NCBI GenBank assembly: GCA_000997385.1
Contig: LCBT01000003.1
Span: 892 to 64,891, forward strand
Direction of reading: 5' to 3'
DNA: 64,000 nucleotides
From: Candidatus Daviesbacteria bacterium GW2011_GWA1_41_61
Lineage (GTDB): Bacteria; Patescibacteriota; Microgenomatia; Daviesbacterales; UBA10151
Of the stretch, positions 1 through 9,878 are shown piece by piece; position 1 is the first letter of the stretch, and every line of letters begins with the position of its first letter. The notes beneath the pieces are model-generated. The model made no database searches. It was given only the letters and a program-made list of their open reading frames with translations, and was not told the origin of the DNA. The position numbers and the translations under genes were made by a program.

Positions 1-437
1 TGGATACTAATATATTGGTGTATGCCCACAATCAGGATTCACCTTTCCATTCCCAAGCCTCGTATTTTATTCGTTCAATTTTAGCAGGGGAAATTAAAGG
101 GGTATTAACAGAGCAAAACTTATTGGAATTTTATGCAATTGTTACTGATCCCCGTAGGGTCACGAACCCCTTGTCTGCAACTGAAGCTATAAATTTAATA
201 GATGATTACCTTAGCTCATCTTTTGAAATAATTTTACCAACTAAAGGCTCAATGGAAATTATCTTATCACTTTGCAAGCAGAAAAAAATTTGTGGCAGTC
301 AAATCTTTGATGCCTTTTTAGTGGCCACTATGTTATCCAATCAAGTTAAAACTATTATCACTCTAAATTCTAAAGATTTTATACACTTTACCCAAATACA
401 GATACTTGACCTGAGAAGGTTTGACAACCACAACTGA
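1..437 (+). CDS. PIN-domain (VapC-like) ribonuclease, 5' end outside the window
   Basis: The frame extends upstream of the called start and reads DTNILVYA (PIN N-terminal motif). Conserved acidic residues follow in LLEF, FDAFLVA and T-x-N-x-x-DF. Confidence 0.85.
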   Translation, partial: DTNILVYAHNQDSPFHSQASYFIRSILAGEIKGVLTEQNLLEFYAIVTDPRRVTNPLSATEAINLIDDYLSSSFEIILPTKGSMEIILSLCKQKKICGSQIFDAFLVATMLSNQVKTIITLNSKDFIHFTQIQILDLRRFDNHN

Positions 438-457
438 TAATCCTTACACTAATATTA

Positions 458-1425
458 ATGCCCAAGACATCTAAAACAAAGGGTTTTACCTTGATAGAAC
501 TTTTGGTGGTAGTGGCCATTATAGCTATCTTGGCAGTGGTCTCCCTAGCTTTGTTTGGTAATGTTCAAAAAGCAGCTCGGGATGGAGTCAGAAGGTCTAA
601 TATTGATACTCTGGCTAAAAATTTAGAGACCAGGTTTGATTATGGTTCTTCTTTATACCAGCAGCTGGATCCCAATGAGATTTAGCCTCAATTGGAGTCT
701 ATAATGGTACCTTTCATCCTGTCTCTTGTGACCCTAATGGTACCTTAGATGATGGTTTAGTTGGATATTGGAAGATGGATGAAAGTAGCTGGAATGGAAC
801 ATCAGGAGAAGTAAAAGATTTTTCAGGATATGGAATTGGTGGTACAGCGGTAAGCGGAGCAAATACTATCCTTCGTACACCTGCTCAAACAAATAATACT
901 CGTACTGGAACCTTTAGCGACAACACCTATGTGACTTTGGGCAACTATCAGTTTGATACTCTCACTAATGCCACTATGAGTCTGTGGTTTTACTATACTG
1001 GATCATTTGATACCAACAGATTACTTTTTAACAGGCATATTAATGGGGCGGCCGACTCACGGCAGCCAATTTTTGTTAGCTACCCTGGAGGCTACAGTAA
1101 CAAGTTGGTTTTTGAAAATATAGTTAATGGCAGTAATCGCAGTGTTGTTAGTGATAACGCCATTTCTCCTAATACGTGGTATCATGCAGTTTTTGTATGT
1201 GGATCAGTGGGTATGAGAATGTACCTTAATGGAGTTCAGCAGGTAAGCACAAACTCTACAACTGATTGTTTAGTCACGATAAGTCCCACTAGTGCTACAA
1301 CCCTTGGAGGAGGAGGTGGAACAAGCTTTGCTGGTCAAATTGATGATTTGAGAGTCTATAACCGGGCTTTGTCTCCTCAAGAAATTTCCAGCCTCTGGAG
1401 TAGTGGTTTAGGCTGTCTGCCTTAA
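458..1425 (+). pseudogene. Frameshifted type IV pilin-LamG (ConA-like lectin) fusion; fragments 458-685 and ~679-1425
   Basis: 458-685 carries the prepilin motif KGFTLIELLVVVAII. A second frame is open from 679 and reads GLVGYWKMDE...WYHAVF...GQIDDLRVYNRALS (LamG) with no signal peptide of its own. Confidence 0.7.
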
Positions 1426-1455
1426 ATCTTGTACCGCTTGTGTTATTATGAATTT

Positions 1456-2613
1456 ATGCCTTTAGCTCATCTTTATCATAAAGTAGTAAAAAAATTGGTC
1501 CAACCTCCTGCCCCTTCTGTCTTCCACCCTTTGCCCGGGATGGAGGATGTTTTAAAAAGTATTACCAATGGGCTGCTGGTTTGTGATTTGGAAAAAAGGG
1601 TTTTACTGACCAACCCTGCTTTGGAGGAGATGGCTGATCTCCCTCATAATAAGATGACTACTTCAGGTTTTTTAAAACTGTTTGAGTGTACTTTAGTTAA
1701 TCTGGACAAACGTCTGGATGAAGTGTTATCCAGTGGGGTGGCTGCCTATATAGAAGATCTCTGCCTTGGTAAATTTATCTATGAGATGTTTATTAATCCC
1801 GTTAGAAGCTTTGGAGGGGAAATTGCCGGAGCAGCTTTAGTCCTTCATGATGTAACCAATATTAAGGAGATTGACCGGGTGAAAACGGAATTTTTGTCAA
1901 TTGCTGCCCATCAACTGCGTACTCCTTTAGGGAGCATGAGATGGAATGTGGAACTGCTTTTGACCGGTGATATCGGGGAAGTGTCTAAAGATGTCAGGGA
2001 TGTCCTGATGCAGGTTTATCAAGGGACCCAGCGGATGATTGTTCTGGTGGGAGAGCTGTTGTTAGTCTCCAGAATTGAACAAAGCCGGGTTTTTGACCAG
2101 CCAAGTGAAGTGAACGTCTTAGTTGTTATTAAAGATGTTATGAAAGAGCTGGAATTTAGCAGTCAGGAAAAAGCTGTCAGCGTTGAGTTGAAAACTGATA
2201 ATAAATCTCTTCCCACTTTGTATATTGATTCCCAAAGATTCCGTGATGTCATCCAAAACCTCTTGTCAAATGCGGTAAAATATAACCAACCCGGAAAGAA
2301 GGTAAGGGTGACTGTCAGGCATCAAGATAAACAGGTCCTTTTGGAGGTGGAAGATCAGGGAATTGGTATTCCTAAAAAGGATCAAGGGAAGATCTTTTCT
2401 AAGTTCTTTAGGGCTGATAACGCTGCTAAAAGCCAAACTGAGGGCAATGGTTTGGGGTTGTTTATTGCCAAATCTTATGTTGAGTCTTGGGGAGGCAAAG
2501 TCTGGTTTGACAGTAGGGAAGGTCAAGGGACTGTCTTTTATTTAAGATTGCCGGAGAAACCGATCAATCATATCTTGGACAAAAATTTAGTAAAGGAGAA
2601 AACAGATGGCTGA
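1456..2613 (+). CDS. PAS-domain sensor histidine kinase (cytoplasmic)
   Basis: H-box AHQLRTPL, N-box NLLSNAVKY, G boxes DQGIGI and GNGLGL. Start placed at ATG 1456. Confidence 0.9.
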   Translation: MPLAHLYHKVVKKLVQPPAPSVFHPLPGMEDVLKSITNGLLVCDLEKRVLLTNPALEEMADLPHNKMTTSGFLKLFECTLVNLDKRLDEVLSSGVAAYIEDLCLGKFIYEMFINPVRSFGGEIAGAALVLHDVTNIKEIDRVKTEFLSIAAHQLRTPLGSMRWNVELLLTGDIGEVSKDVRDVLMQVYQGTQRMIVLVGELLLVSRIEQSRVFDQPSEVNVLVVIKDVMKELEFSSQEKAVSVELKTDNKSLPTLYIDSQRFRDVIQNLLSNAVKYNQPGKKVRVTVRHQDKQVLLEVEDQGIGIPKKDQGKIFSKFFRADNAAKSQTEGNGLGLFIAKSYVESWGGKVWFDSREGQGTVFYLRLPEKPINHILDKNLVKEKTDG

Positions 2614-2980
2614 TAAAAAATATATCTTAGTTGGCGAGGATGATAAGTTCTATGCTAATATCTATAAAATCAAGCTGGCTAAAGAGGGCTTTGATGTAGA
2701 AGTGGTGGGAGATGGGGAGCAAGTTTTAACCTCTGCCAGGCAGAAAAAACCAGATTTAATCCTGTTGGATTTGATTATGCCTGTCAAAGATGGCTTTGAA
2801 ACTTTAAAAGAGCTCAAAGCTGATCCTAAATTAAAAGATATTAAAGTAGTGGTCAGCTCTAATTTAGGGCAGGAGGAAGATATTAAAAAAACTGTTCAGC
2901 TGGGAGCTGTAGATTATTTAACCAAAGCCAACCTCTCTATCCAGGAGGTGGTAGATAAGATCAGGGGGTATCTAAAATAG
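2606..2980 (+). CDS. Stand-alone response regulator receiver protein
   Basis: EDD, LLDLIMPVKDG and terminal K motifs; no output domain. Confidence 0.9.
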   Translation: MADKKYILVGEDDKFYANIYKIKLAKEGFDVEVVGDGEQVLTSARQKKPDLILLDLIMPVKDGFETLKELKADPKLKDIKVVVSSNLGQEEDIKKTVQLGAVDYLTKANLSIQEVVDKIRGYLK

Positions 2981-4656
2981 TGGCTATTTCTGATCAACAG
3001 TTAGAGCAGATTTTAAAAGAGAGCCAGTTGTTAGGGGAAGACCAGCTAAAAAAGTCTTTGGAATTAAGCCGCAGCCGAAACATTCCCTTGTGGGAGGCTG
3101 TTGTTTCCCTGGATCTGATCTCTGATGCCCAGATGGGGAAGTTAGCGGCAGATTTTTTAAAAGTTCCCTATATCTATCTATCCCAAGTTTCTATCCCTGT
3201 CCACCTTTTGCAGATCATCCCTGAAGTAGTGGCTAAAAAGGAGCAAATTATTGCTTTTGAAAAAAATTCCCAGGGACTCAAAGTAGCTATGGCTGATCCT
3301 TTAAACCTGGAGATCCAGCAATTTATTGCCAAAAAAGCGGGAGAGAAAGTTATTCCTTACTATGCTACCGCCAAAGATTTAAACGAGGCAATGCGTCTTT
3401 ACAGTAAGGAACTGCAAAAGACCTTTGATGAGATGCTCCAGCAACAAGTGGAGGCAGTGGAGAAAGGTCAGGCTCAGGATGTGCCTATCGCCAAAATTGT
3501 TGATCTGTTGGTGGAGTATGCTTATCAGAATAAGGCTTCCGATATCCATATTGAGCCGGCAGAGCAGCAATCTTTAGTCCGTTTTAGGATTGATGGGGTG
3601 CTTCATGATGTTTTAAAGATGCCGATTGCTCTTCACAGCCAGGTAGTTACCAGAGTTAAGGTGCTTTCTAAACTTCGAACTGATGAACATATGAGCGCTC
3701 AGGATGGCAAGTTGCAGATGAGCTTGCCTGAGGAAGAGCTGGATATTAGGGTTTCTATCGTCCCGATTGTTGATGGGGAAAAAATCGTTATGAGATTGCT
3801 TTCTTCCCGGTCCCGACAGTTTTCTTTAGGAGACCTGGGGATGAATGATAAGGATCTGGCCAAAGTTAAAGCAGGTTTTAAAAGACCCTACGGTATGGTG
3901 TTGTCAACTGGTCCAACTGGTTCGGGGAAAACCACCACCATCTATGCAATTTTAAAGATTTTAAACACCCGGGACAAAAATATTGCCACTATTGAAGATC
4001 CGGTGGAATATGATATGGAAGGAGTCAACCAAATTCAGGTCAACCCTAAAACTAACTTAACCTTTGCTGACGGGTTACGGGCTATCTTGCGTCAAGACCC
4101 GGACATTATTTTTGTCGGAGAGGTCCGTGATAAGGAAACCGCGGGCATTGCCACAAACTCGGCGATGACCGGACATTTGGTGCTGTCAACTTTACATACC
4201 AATAACGCTGCCACTACCTTACCCCGTTTGATAGATATGGGGATTGAGCCATTTTTGGTGGCCTCCACCGTTAACGTTATTGTCGGGCAAAGGTTGGTGC
4301 GTCAAATTTGTCAAAAGTGCCGGCTTTCCCAGATGATGTCTCTAACCGAGCTGAGTAAACAGATTCCCAAAGAGCTGATTAAAAAACACCTGGGTGATAA
4401 AAGTCAGTTACGGATTTATCAGGGAAAAGGCTGCCCTGTTTGTCATAACAGCGGTTACAGCGGCCGGATAGGAGTCTTTGAGGTGCTAGAGGTCACAGAA
4501 GCCATCAAAGAGCTGATTGCGGCCAAAGCTGATGCTGATGTTTTGAGTAAAAAAGCCATTCAAGAGGGTATGTCGACCATGTTAGAAGATGGCCTGCAAA
4601 AAGTAGCGCATGGTATTACTACCATAGAAGAAGTCCTCCGGGTTACTAAGGAGTAA
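2980..4656 (+). CDS. pilB: Type IV pilus assembly ATPase PilB/GspE
   Basis: ASDIHIEP, GPTGSGKTTT, TIEDPVE, LRQDPD, GHLVLSTLH and CxxC zinc motifs. Confidence 0.95.
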   Translation: MAISDQQLEQILKESQLLGEDQLKKSLELSRSRNIPLWEAVVSLDLISDAQMGKLAADFLKVPYIYLSQVSIPVHLLQIIPEVVAKKEQIIAFEKNSQGLKVAMADPLNLEIQQFIAKKAGEKVIPYYATAKDLNEAMRLYSKELQKTFDEMLQQQVEAVEKGQAQDVPIAKIVDLLVEYAYQNKASDIHIEPAEQQSLVRFRIDGVLHDVLKMPIALHSQVVTRVKVLSKLRTDEHMSAQDGKLQMSLPEEELDIRVSIVPIVDGEKIVMRLLSSRSRQFSLGDLGMNDKDLAKVKAGFKRPYGMVLSTGPTGSGKTTTIYAILKILNTRDKNIATIEDPVEYDMEGVNQIQVNPKTNLTFADGLRAILRQDPDIIFVGEVRDKETAGIATNSAMTGHLVLSTLHTNNAATTLPRLIDMGIEPFLVASTVNVIVGQRLVRQICQKCRLSQMMSLTELSKQIPKELIKKHLGDKSQLRIYQGKGCPVCHNSGYSGRIGVFEVLEVTEAIKELIAAKADADVLSKKAIQEGMSTMLEDGLQKVAHGITTIEEVLRVTKE

Positions 4657-4694
4657 CTTGCTAAACTGCCATTTCTTGGGTAATCTGAAAGTAG

Positions 4695-5771
4695 ATGAAA
4701 TTTTCTGCCTCAAGACAATTTTTTAGTCACCCCACTTTTTTAGATAAATTAATGTTTACCAGACATTTAGGGGTGATGTTAAGAAGTGGTATCCCCTTAG
4801 CTGAGGCTATCTCTACTTTAGAGGAACAAACTAAGGGTAAGTCTTTTCAAGAAGTTCTACACCAGATTTTACAGCAGATCAACAACGGACAGACTTTAGC
4901 TAAAGCTTTATCGCTTTACCCTCATGTTTTTGACTCTTTGTATATTAATTTAATTGAGATCGGTGAAAAATCCGGAAAACTTGAGGAGAATTTAGATTAT
5001 TTAGCCTTGCATCTGAGCAAAAATTATGAATTTAGGAAAAAAATACAGGGGGCGATGTTATATCCGGCGATAGTTCTGCTTTCGACCCTGATTATCGGTC
5101 TGGGCTTGTCCTTTTTTGTCTTACCCAAACTGGTGGACCTGTTTGCCTCTTTGGATGTGACCTTGCCTTTATCTACCAGAATCCTCCTTTTTGCTGCCGG
5201 TACCATGAAAAACTATGGAGTTTTTATTGGCTTGGCTCTTACAGCTTTATTCCTTTTAACGTCCTTTTTGCTTCAACTGCCCAAAATCAAACCACTCTGG
5301 CATGTCTTTCTGCTAAAGATTCCGCTATTTGGGGGTCTTTTACAAAATGTGGAGCTTTCCACCATCTGCCGTAATTTGGGGATAATGTTAAAAAGCGGTT
5401 TGCCGATTACTACGACTCTGGAAGCCGAGAGCAAAGCTTTGACCAATTTAGTTTATCGAGAGTATTTACAAAATCTTTTAAAATCTGTGGATAAGGGCAA
5501 AACCATGGAAGAGACTCTTTCTGCCCAAAAGTTTAGCTTGATTCCCCATTATATGATTAAGATGATTGGGGTAGGAGAAAAAACCGGCAAACTGGAAGAT
5601 ACTTTTATCTATTTAGGGGATTTTTTTGAGGAAGAGGTCGATAACACCACCAAAAATTTAGCCAATATTTTAGAGCCGGTTCTTTTGATAATCATCGGTT
5701 TAGTAGTAGCCTTTGTGGCCCTGGCCATTATCTCCCCCATTTATGAACTGACAGGATCAATAAGGAGGTAG
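4695..5771 (+). CDS. pilC: Type IV pilus platform protein PilC/GspF
   Basis: Two T2SSF repeats (GEKSGKL, GEKTGKL, LEPVL) and TM segments; follows pilB. Confidence 0.93.
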   Translation: MKFSASRQFFSHPTFLDKLMFTRHLGVMLRSGIPLAEAISTLEEQTKGKSFQEVLHQILQQINNGQTLAKALSLYPHVFDSLYINLIEIGEKSGKLEENLDYLALHLSKNYEFRKKIQGAMLYPAIVLLSTLIIGLGLSFFVLPKLVDLFASLDVTLPLSTRILLFAAGTMKNYGVFIGLALTALFLLTSFLLQLPKIKPLWHVFLLKIPLFGGLLQNVELSTICRNLGIMLKSGLPITTTLEAESKALTNLVYREYLQNLLKSVDKGKTMEETLSAQKFSLIPHYMIKMIGVGEKTGKLEDTFIYLGDFFEEEVDNTTKNLANILEPVLLIIIGLVVAFVALAIISPIYELTGSIRR

Positions 5772-5804
5772 AGAAGTTATGGGATTGTGGGTTACCTAAT
5801 TATT

Positions 5805-6236
5805 ATGGGCAAATCAGGATTTACTCTTATTGAATTACTGTTGGTGGTAGCTATCATGCTCACTATTTCTGTTTTAGCTGGAGCTTTTTATTCCCGGTTT
5901 TTGCTGCAAAACTCCGTTGCTAATACCGTAGATCAGCTGGTAGGAAGTTTAAGAAAAGCTCAAATTTATAGTATGACGGGAAGGCAGGGCAGCAGCTGGG
6001 GGGTAGATTACAGTGGCAACACCATCACTTTATATAAAGGGACTGCTTTAGGACAGAATCCGGCCTTTAATGAAAGATTTAGCGTTAACTCTAATGTGAC
6101 AGTTTTCGGGTTGTCAAATGTTTACTTTTATAAGATGACAGGCACTCCTTCAGCTACTTTAACTATCACTGTGAGCTCTAATAACAACACTAAAACAATA
6201 ACTGTTAATTCCCAAGGAATGGTGGAGAAACAATGA
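5805..6236 (+). CDS. Minor pilin (FimT/GspH-like)
   Basis: GFTLIELLLVV prepilin motif; C-terminal ITVNSQG. Start placed at ATG 5805. Confidence 0.85.
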   Translation: MGKSGFTLIELLLVVAIMLTISVLAGAFYSRFLLQNSVANTVDQLVGSLRKAQIYSMTGRQGSSWGVDYSGNTITLYKGTALGQNPAFNERFSVNSNVTVFGLSNVYFYKMTGTPSATLTITVSSNNNTKTITVNSQGMVEKQ

Positions 6237-8083
6237 GAGAAAAAGGTTTTTCTATCCTGGAGGTAATTTTAGCGGCAGCTTTTTTTATTATCTTTGCCAC
6301 TGCCTCAGTGGTGGCTGTGCTGCAGTCAATGAATGCTAACAGGTTGGGGGTAGAAATGAGTATAACTAACCAGTTTGCCTCAGAAGGGATTGAAGCTGTT
6401 AAATCAATTAAAAACCAAAGTTTTAGTAATTTAGCGGCTACCACCTCAGCTGGGCTCAGAAGACATCCTACTAACAATATCTGGGAATTTTATGGTACCA
6501 GCAACACTTTAGCTCAGAATGCAGCTGATGACTACATTAGAACTATCAAAATAGAAGGTGTTAACCGGGATGGCGGTAATATTGTTTCCTCTGGGGGAAC
6601 TTTAGATCCGGATACTAAAAAGATTACCTCCACAGTCTCTTGGAATTTTAATTCTGCCAGACCGGAAACAATCAGCCTTATAACCTATTTGTCTGATTGG
6701 GAAGAGCCAATAAGCGTCAATGGTGATGGAGTATTAGTTTATGGCAGAACAGGAAATACTATACCCAGGGCAAATTTCTATACTAATTCTGATAATACAT
6801 TTGCTGCCAACAGTGATACTATTGCAGGCGCAGCCGGAAGAAATTTTGTTATCAAGACTTCGCCGACAAAACAAGAAGCAATTGTAGGTTATGTTGATTC
6901 AAATACTTTAAGAGTAATGTGTTATGACGGGATAAACTGGACTAGTGAATGGAGTACCACTGTTGGGGGAACAGGTACCACTAGAAGATTTGATATCGCT
7001 TACGAATATCAGACAGGAGATGTAATGGTGCTTTACTCATCTGATGCTGGTACGAATGAACTTGATTACCAAACCAAGGACGGAGGTCTTGGTTGTGGTA
7101 GCTCCAACTGGGTAGATCAAGCAGCTTTTGACTCACCTGGTACGAGCGGAGTGGTAACATGGGTCAAGTTATCAGCAGATAGCAGGTCAGGTTCAAATAT
7201 TTTAGCTGCTGCCTGGGCAGACATGGGCAGGGATTTACAAGCAGCAATTTGGGATGGAACAAGTTGGACACAAAGGACAACAGCATTGGAAACCACACTT
7301 GAGTGTCGAGGGAATTGTAACTCATCTCCAACAATACCTAATGGAGACTCCTTTGATATTGATTTTGAGTCGTCTTCAGGAAATCTAATGGTAGTTTGGG
7401 GTTCAGGAGGGTCTGGAAGCGGAAATGGTGCATTTTATAACAAATGTGATGGAGGTGCGCCTCCATCATGTATATGGAACGTAAGTAGAACTGCTATTAA
7501 TGGTATGGTAAACGATGCTACTTCACTGGATATATCATCAAATCCAAACACGGACGACATTCTTTTTGCCTCAATTGGTGATGGAGGATCAGATTTACAA
7601 GCAGCTCGCTGGTCTGGTAGTGCTCCATGGAATGGATCAAATGATCTTGATACCACTGCCTTAACTCCTGTTGCAGGATCAAGTTTAGTTGCAACCGGAT
7701 GGTTGATTAATGGGTCAACTACTCGCGGAATTGTGGTATTTGCTAATAGTAGTACTCAATCACAAAGAATTCATGGATTTGTGTGGAATGGTAGCTCCTT
7801 TGTCAGGCAGGGGACAGATACTACTCCATGGTTTACTCCTACCCCCTTGTTGGGAACACCGAGATGGTATGACATACAGATGGATCCTAAGAATAAAGAT
7901 AAATTAATGTTTTTGGTGTCAAATTCCGTAAATGATTTATTTGCCAAGAGATTAGAAATGGATAGTACAGGTACCTTCTTTACTTGGACTGATCCGACTT
8001 ACGCCGATGGGACAGCATTGGAAACCAATCTAGTCCAGGCTACTACTAGTCCATTTTATTTCGGCTATTGGAGAAATCCATGA
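6233..8083 (+). CDS. Large minor pilin (PilV-like N-terminus) with a ~450-aa Gly/Ser/Thr/Trp-rich, probably beta-rich C-terminal module
   Basis: KGFSILEVILA prepilin motif; pilin part ends near ITYLSDW; repeated WDGxxW-like motifs follow. Confidence 0.75.
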   Translation: MREKGFSILEVILAAAFFIIFATASVVAVLQSMNANRLGVEMSITNQFASEGIEAVKSIKNQSFSNLAATTSAGLRRHPTNNIWEFYGTSNTLAQNAADDYIRTIKIEGVNRDGGNIVSSGGTLDPDTKKITSTVSWNFNSARPETISLITYLSDWEEPISVNGDGVLVYGRTGNTIPRANFYTNSDNTFAANSDTIAGAAGRNFVIKTSPTKQEAIVGYVDSNTLRVMCYDGINWTSEWSTTVGGTGTTRRFDIAYEYQTGDVMVLYSSDAGTNELDYQTKDGGLGCGSSNWVDQAAFDSPGTSGVVTWVKLSADSRSGSNILAAAWADMGRDLQAAIWDGTSWTQRTTALETTLECRGNCNSSPTIPNGDSFDIDFESSSGNLMVVWGSGGSGSGNGAFYNKCDGGAPPSCIWNVSRTAINGMVNDATSLDISSNPNTDDILFASIGDGGSDLQAARWSGSAPWNGSNDLDTTALTPVAGSSLVATGWLINGSTTRGIVVFANSSTQSQRIHGFVWNGSSFVRQGTDTTPWFTPTPLLGTPRWYDIQMDPKNKDKLMFLVSNSVNDLFAKRLEMDSTGTFFTWTDPTYADGTALETNLVQATTSPFYFGYWRNP

Positions 8084-8159
8084 GGATACTAAAATCGCAG
8101 TTACACTACTTCTTGTGTGAATTATTTTATAATATACTGTTTATGTAAATATCGTTACT

Positions 8160-8342
8160 ATGAAGAGAAGAAAGATTAAGACAAGTTATCCTAAGTCGAG
8201 AAATGCATTTATATTAGTAGCTCTCGTCATTACCGCTACTATCATTACAGCATTATTTTCAACATTCTTTATTCACGTATATGCAAAAGAAAAAATAACC
8301 ATCAGCGAGTTCCAAATTTCTACTAATGTTGCAATTCCATAG
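8160..8342 (+). CDS. Small hypothetical membrane protein or gene remnant
   Basis: 60-aa ORF with a basic N-terminus and one hydrophobic segment, between pilin genes. Confidence 0.3.
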   Translation: MKRRKIKTSYPKSRNAFILVALVITATIITALFSTFFIHVYAKEKITISEFQISTNVAIP

Positions 8343-8357
8343 CTAGATCTACAAAAT

Positions 8358-8858
8358 ATGAGAACTGCACAAGGTTTTACACTAATTGAGCTGATTTTAT
8401 ATGTAGCTATTATGGCTATAGTATCAACGGCCCTTATTCCTTTTGCCTGGAATATTATTGGCACAGGAGTTAAATCTGCAGCAGAGCAGGAAGTTTTTTC
8501 TCAAGCCAGAGTTGTCTCGGAAAGGATCAAATATGAGATTAGGAATGCCACCGGAATAAATAACGTTACTTCAAGTAGTATCTCTTTAGCTAAATCAGAA
8601 GCTTCTTTAAACCCAACGGTAATTGATTTTTTGGCTGGCAAAATCAGGATCAGCCAGGGAGGGGGAGGGGCGGTTAACTTAAACTCCAGTGACACAAATA
8701 TGACCAGTTTAACCTTTACTAACTATACCTCAGCTGATAATAAGACTAAACATATTCAGTTTATTTTTACTATGGAAGATAACTATACTGGTTTGAGGCA
8801 GGAATATAATGTCCCGCCTATCACTGTGGAAGGCAGTGTAGAAATTAGGAGCAACTAG
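8358..8858 (+). CDS. Minor pilin (PilW/GspJ-like)
   Basis: QGFTLIELILYVAI prepilin motif. Confidence 0.85.
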   Translation: MRTAQGFTLIELILYVAIMAIVSTALIPFAWNIIGTGVKSAAEQEVFSQARVVSERIKYEIRNATGINNVTSSSISLAKSEASLNPTVIDFLAGKIRISQGGGGAVNLNSSDTNMTSLTFTNYTSADNKTKHIQFIFTMEDNYTGLRQEYNVPPITVEGSVEIRSN

Positions 8859-9248
8859 ATGAAGAGAGGTTTTGCTGCTTTATCAACGGTCTTAATTTTA
8901 GCTTCGGTAGTGGTATCTATTGCCTTGACAGTTTCTTTACTGTCTATTGGTGAGGCTCAATCTGGTCTAGCTCTATTTAAAGGGGAAGATAACTTAAGTT
9001 TGGTGGAAGGGTGTGTGGAGGATGTAATGCTGAAAGTTCGGGCTGATCAAAATTACAATGCCAATGGGGCAACTATTACCAGGCCAGAGGGGACGTGTCT
9101 GATCAGTGTTAACAGTGGCTTGGGAGGGCCGGTCAACTGGGATTTAACTGTGACTTCCCAGTCTCTTGATTATCAAAGGCAGGTGAGAATAATTTTTACC
9201 AGAAATCCTACTGGCATTACCTTAAATAGCTGGAAAGAGATTAATTAA
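8859..9248 (+). CDS. Minor pilin (PilX/GspK-like)
   Basis: RGFAALSTVLI prepilin-like start lacking Glu5; C-terminal SWKEI. Confidence 0.75.
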   Translation: MKRGFAALSTVLILASVVVSIALTVSLLSIGEAQSGLALFKGEDNLSLVEGCVEDVMLKVRADQNYNANGATITRPEGTCLISVNSGLGGPVNWDLTVTSQSLDYQRQVRIIFTRNPTGITLNSWKEIN

Positions 9249-9258
9249 AAAATGGGTA

Positions 9259-9288
9259 TTGACAGAGGTAAAAAATTATGATGATACT
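9259..9288 (+). promoter_or_regulatory. Putative sigma70 promoter of the major pilin
   Basis: TTGACA at 9259-9264, 18-bp spacer, GATACT at 9283-9288. Confidence 0.5.
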
Positions 9289-9306
9289 TGATATAGAGTA
9301 AAAAAT

Positions 9307-9801
9307 ATGACTGCCCAAACTAAAAAAACTTCCCCAGGCTTTACTTTGATTGAACTTCTGATAGCTTTAACTATTATAACTATCTTAGCAGTTTCAGTCT
9401 TTGTAGCTTTAAACCCAGCCCAAAGGTTAAAGGATGCCAAGGATGCCAGAAGATCTACTGATGTGGACAGTATTTTAACAGCCGTTCACCAATCAATTGT
9501 TGATAATAAAGGAACTTATCCTTCTAACTTCCCGGCAGCTGGGACAGAGGCACAACTTGGAACTGATGGTAGCGCCTGCGGGATTAGTAATACCAAGTGT
9601 AATTTTGCCACTGCTGCTTGCGCCAATTTACTGACCGGAAGCCAAAATTTAGCTACTTATTTAAAGGATATGCCCATTGACCCCAATGGGACAGCCAATG
9701 CTGCCAAAACAGGCTACTCTGTAGTCAGAGATTCTAATGGAATTGTTACTATCAAAGCCTGCTATACCGACGGTACAGCCACGATCAGCGCTTCCAGATA
9801 G
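9307..9801 (+). CDS. Type IV major pilin candidate
   Basis: GFTLIELLIAL, ALNPAQRLKDAKDARR, MPIDP and four Cys; has its own putative promoter. Confidence 0.85.
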   Translation: MTAQTKKTSPGFTLIELLIALTIITILAVSVFVALNPAQRLKDAKDARRSTDVDSILTAVHQSIVDNKGTYPSNFPAAGTEAQLGTDGSACGISNTKCNFATAACANLLTGSQNLATYLKDMPIDPNGTANAAKTGYSVVRDSNGIVTIKACYTDGTATISASR

Positions 9802-9878
9802 TTTAGCATTTCACCGTCTTCACCTAGCATGTTACAATAAACATAGTTCTTTTCTCGCTTTGTTCAAAAAAATTTACC

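Noticed and set aside
683-685. Stop-codon readthrough or alternative genetic code to explain the split pilin
   Set aside because: The two halves are in different frames, and TAG and TGA end many intact genes here.
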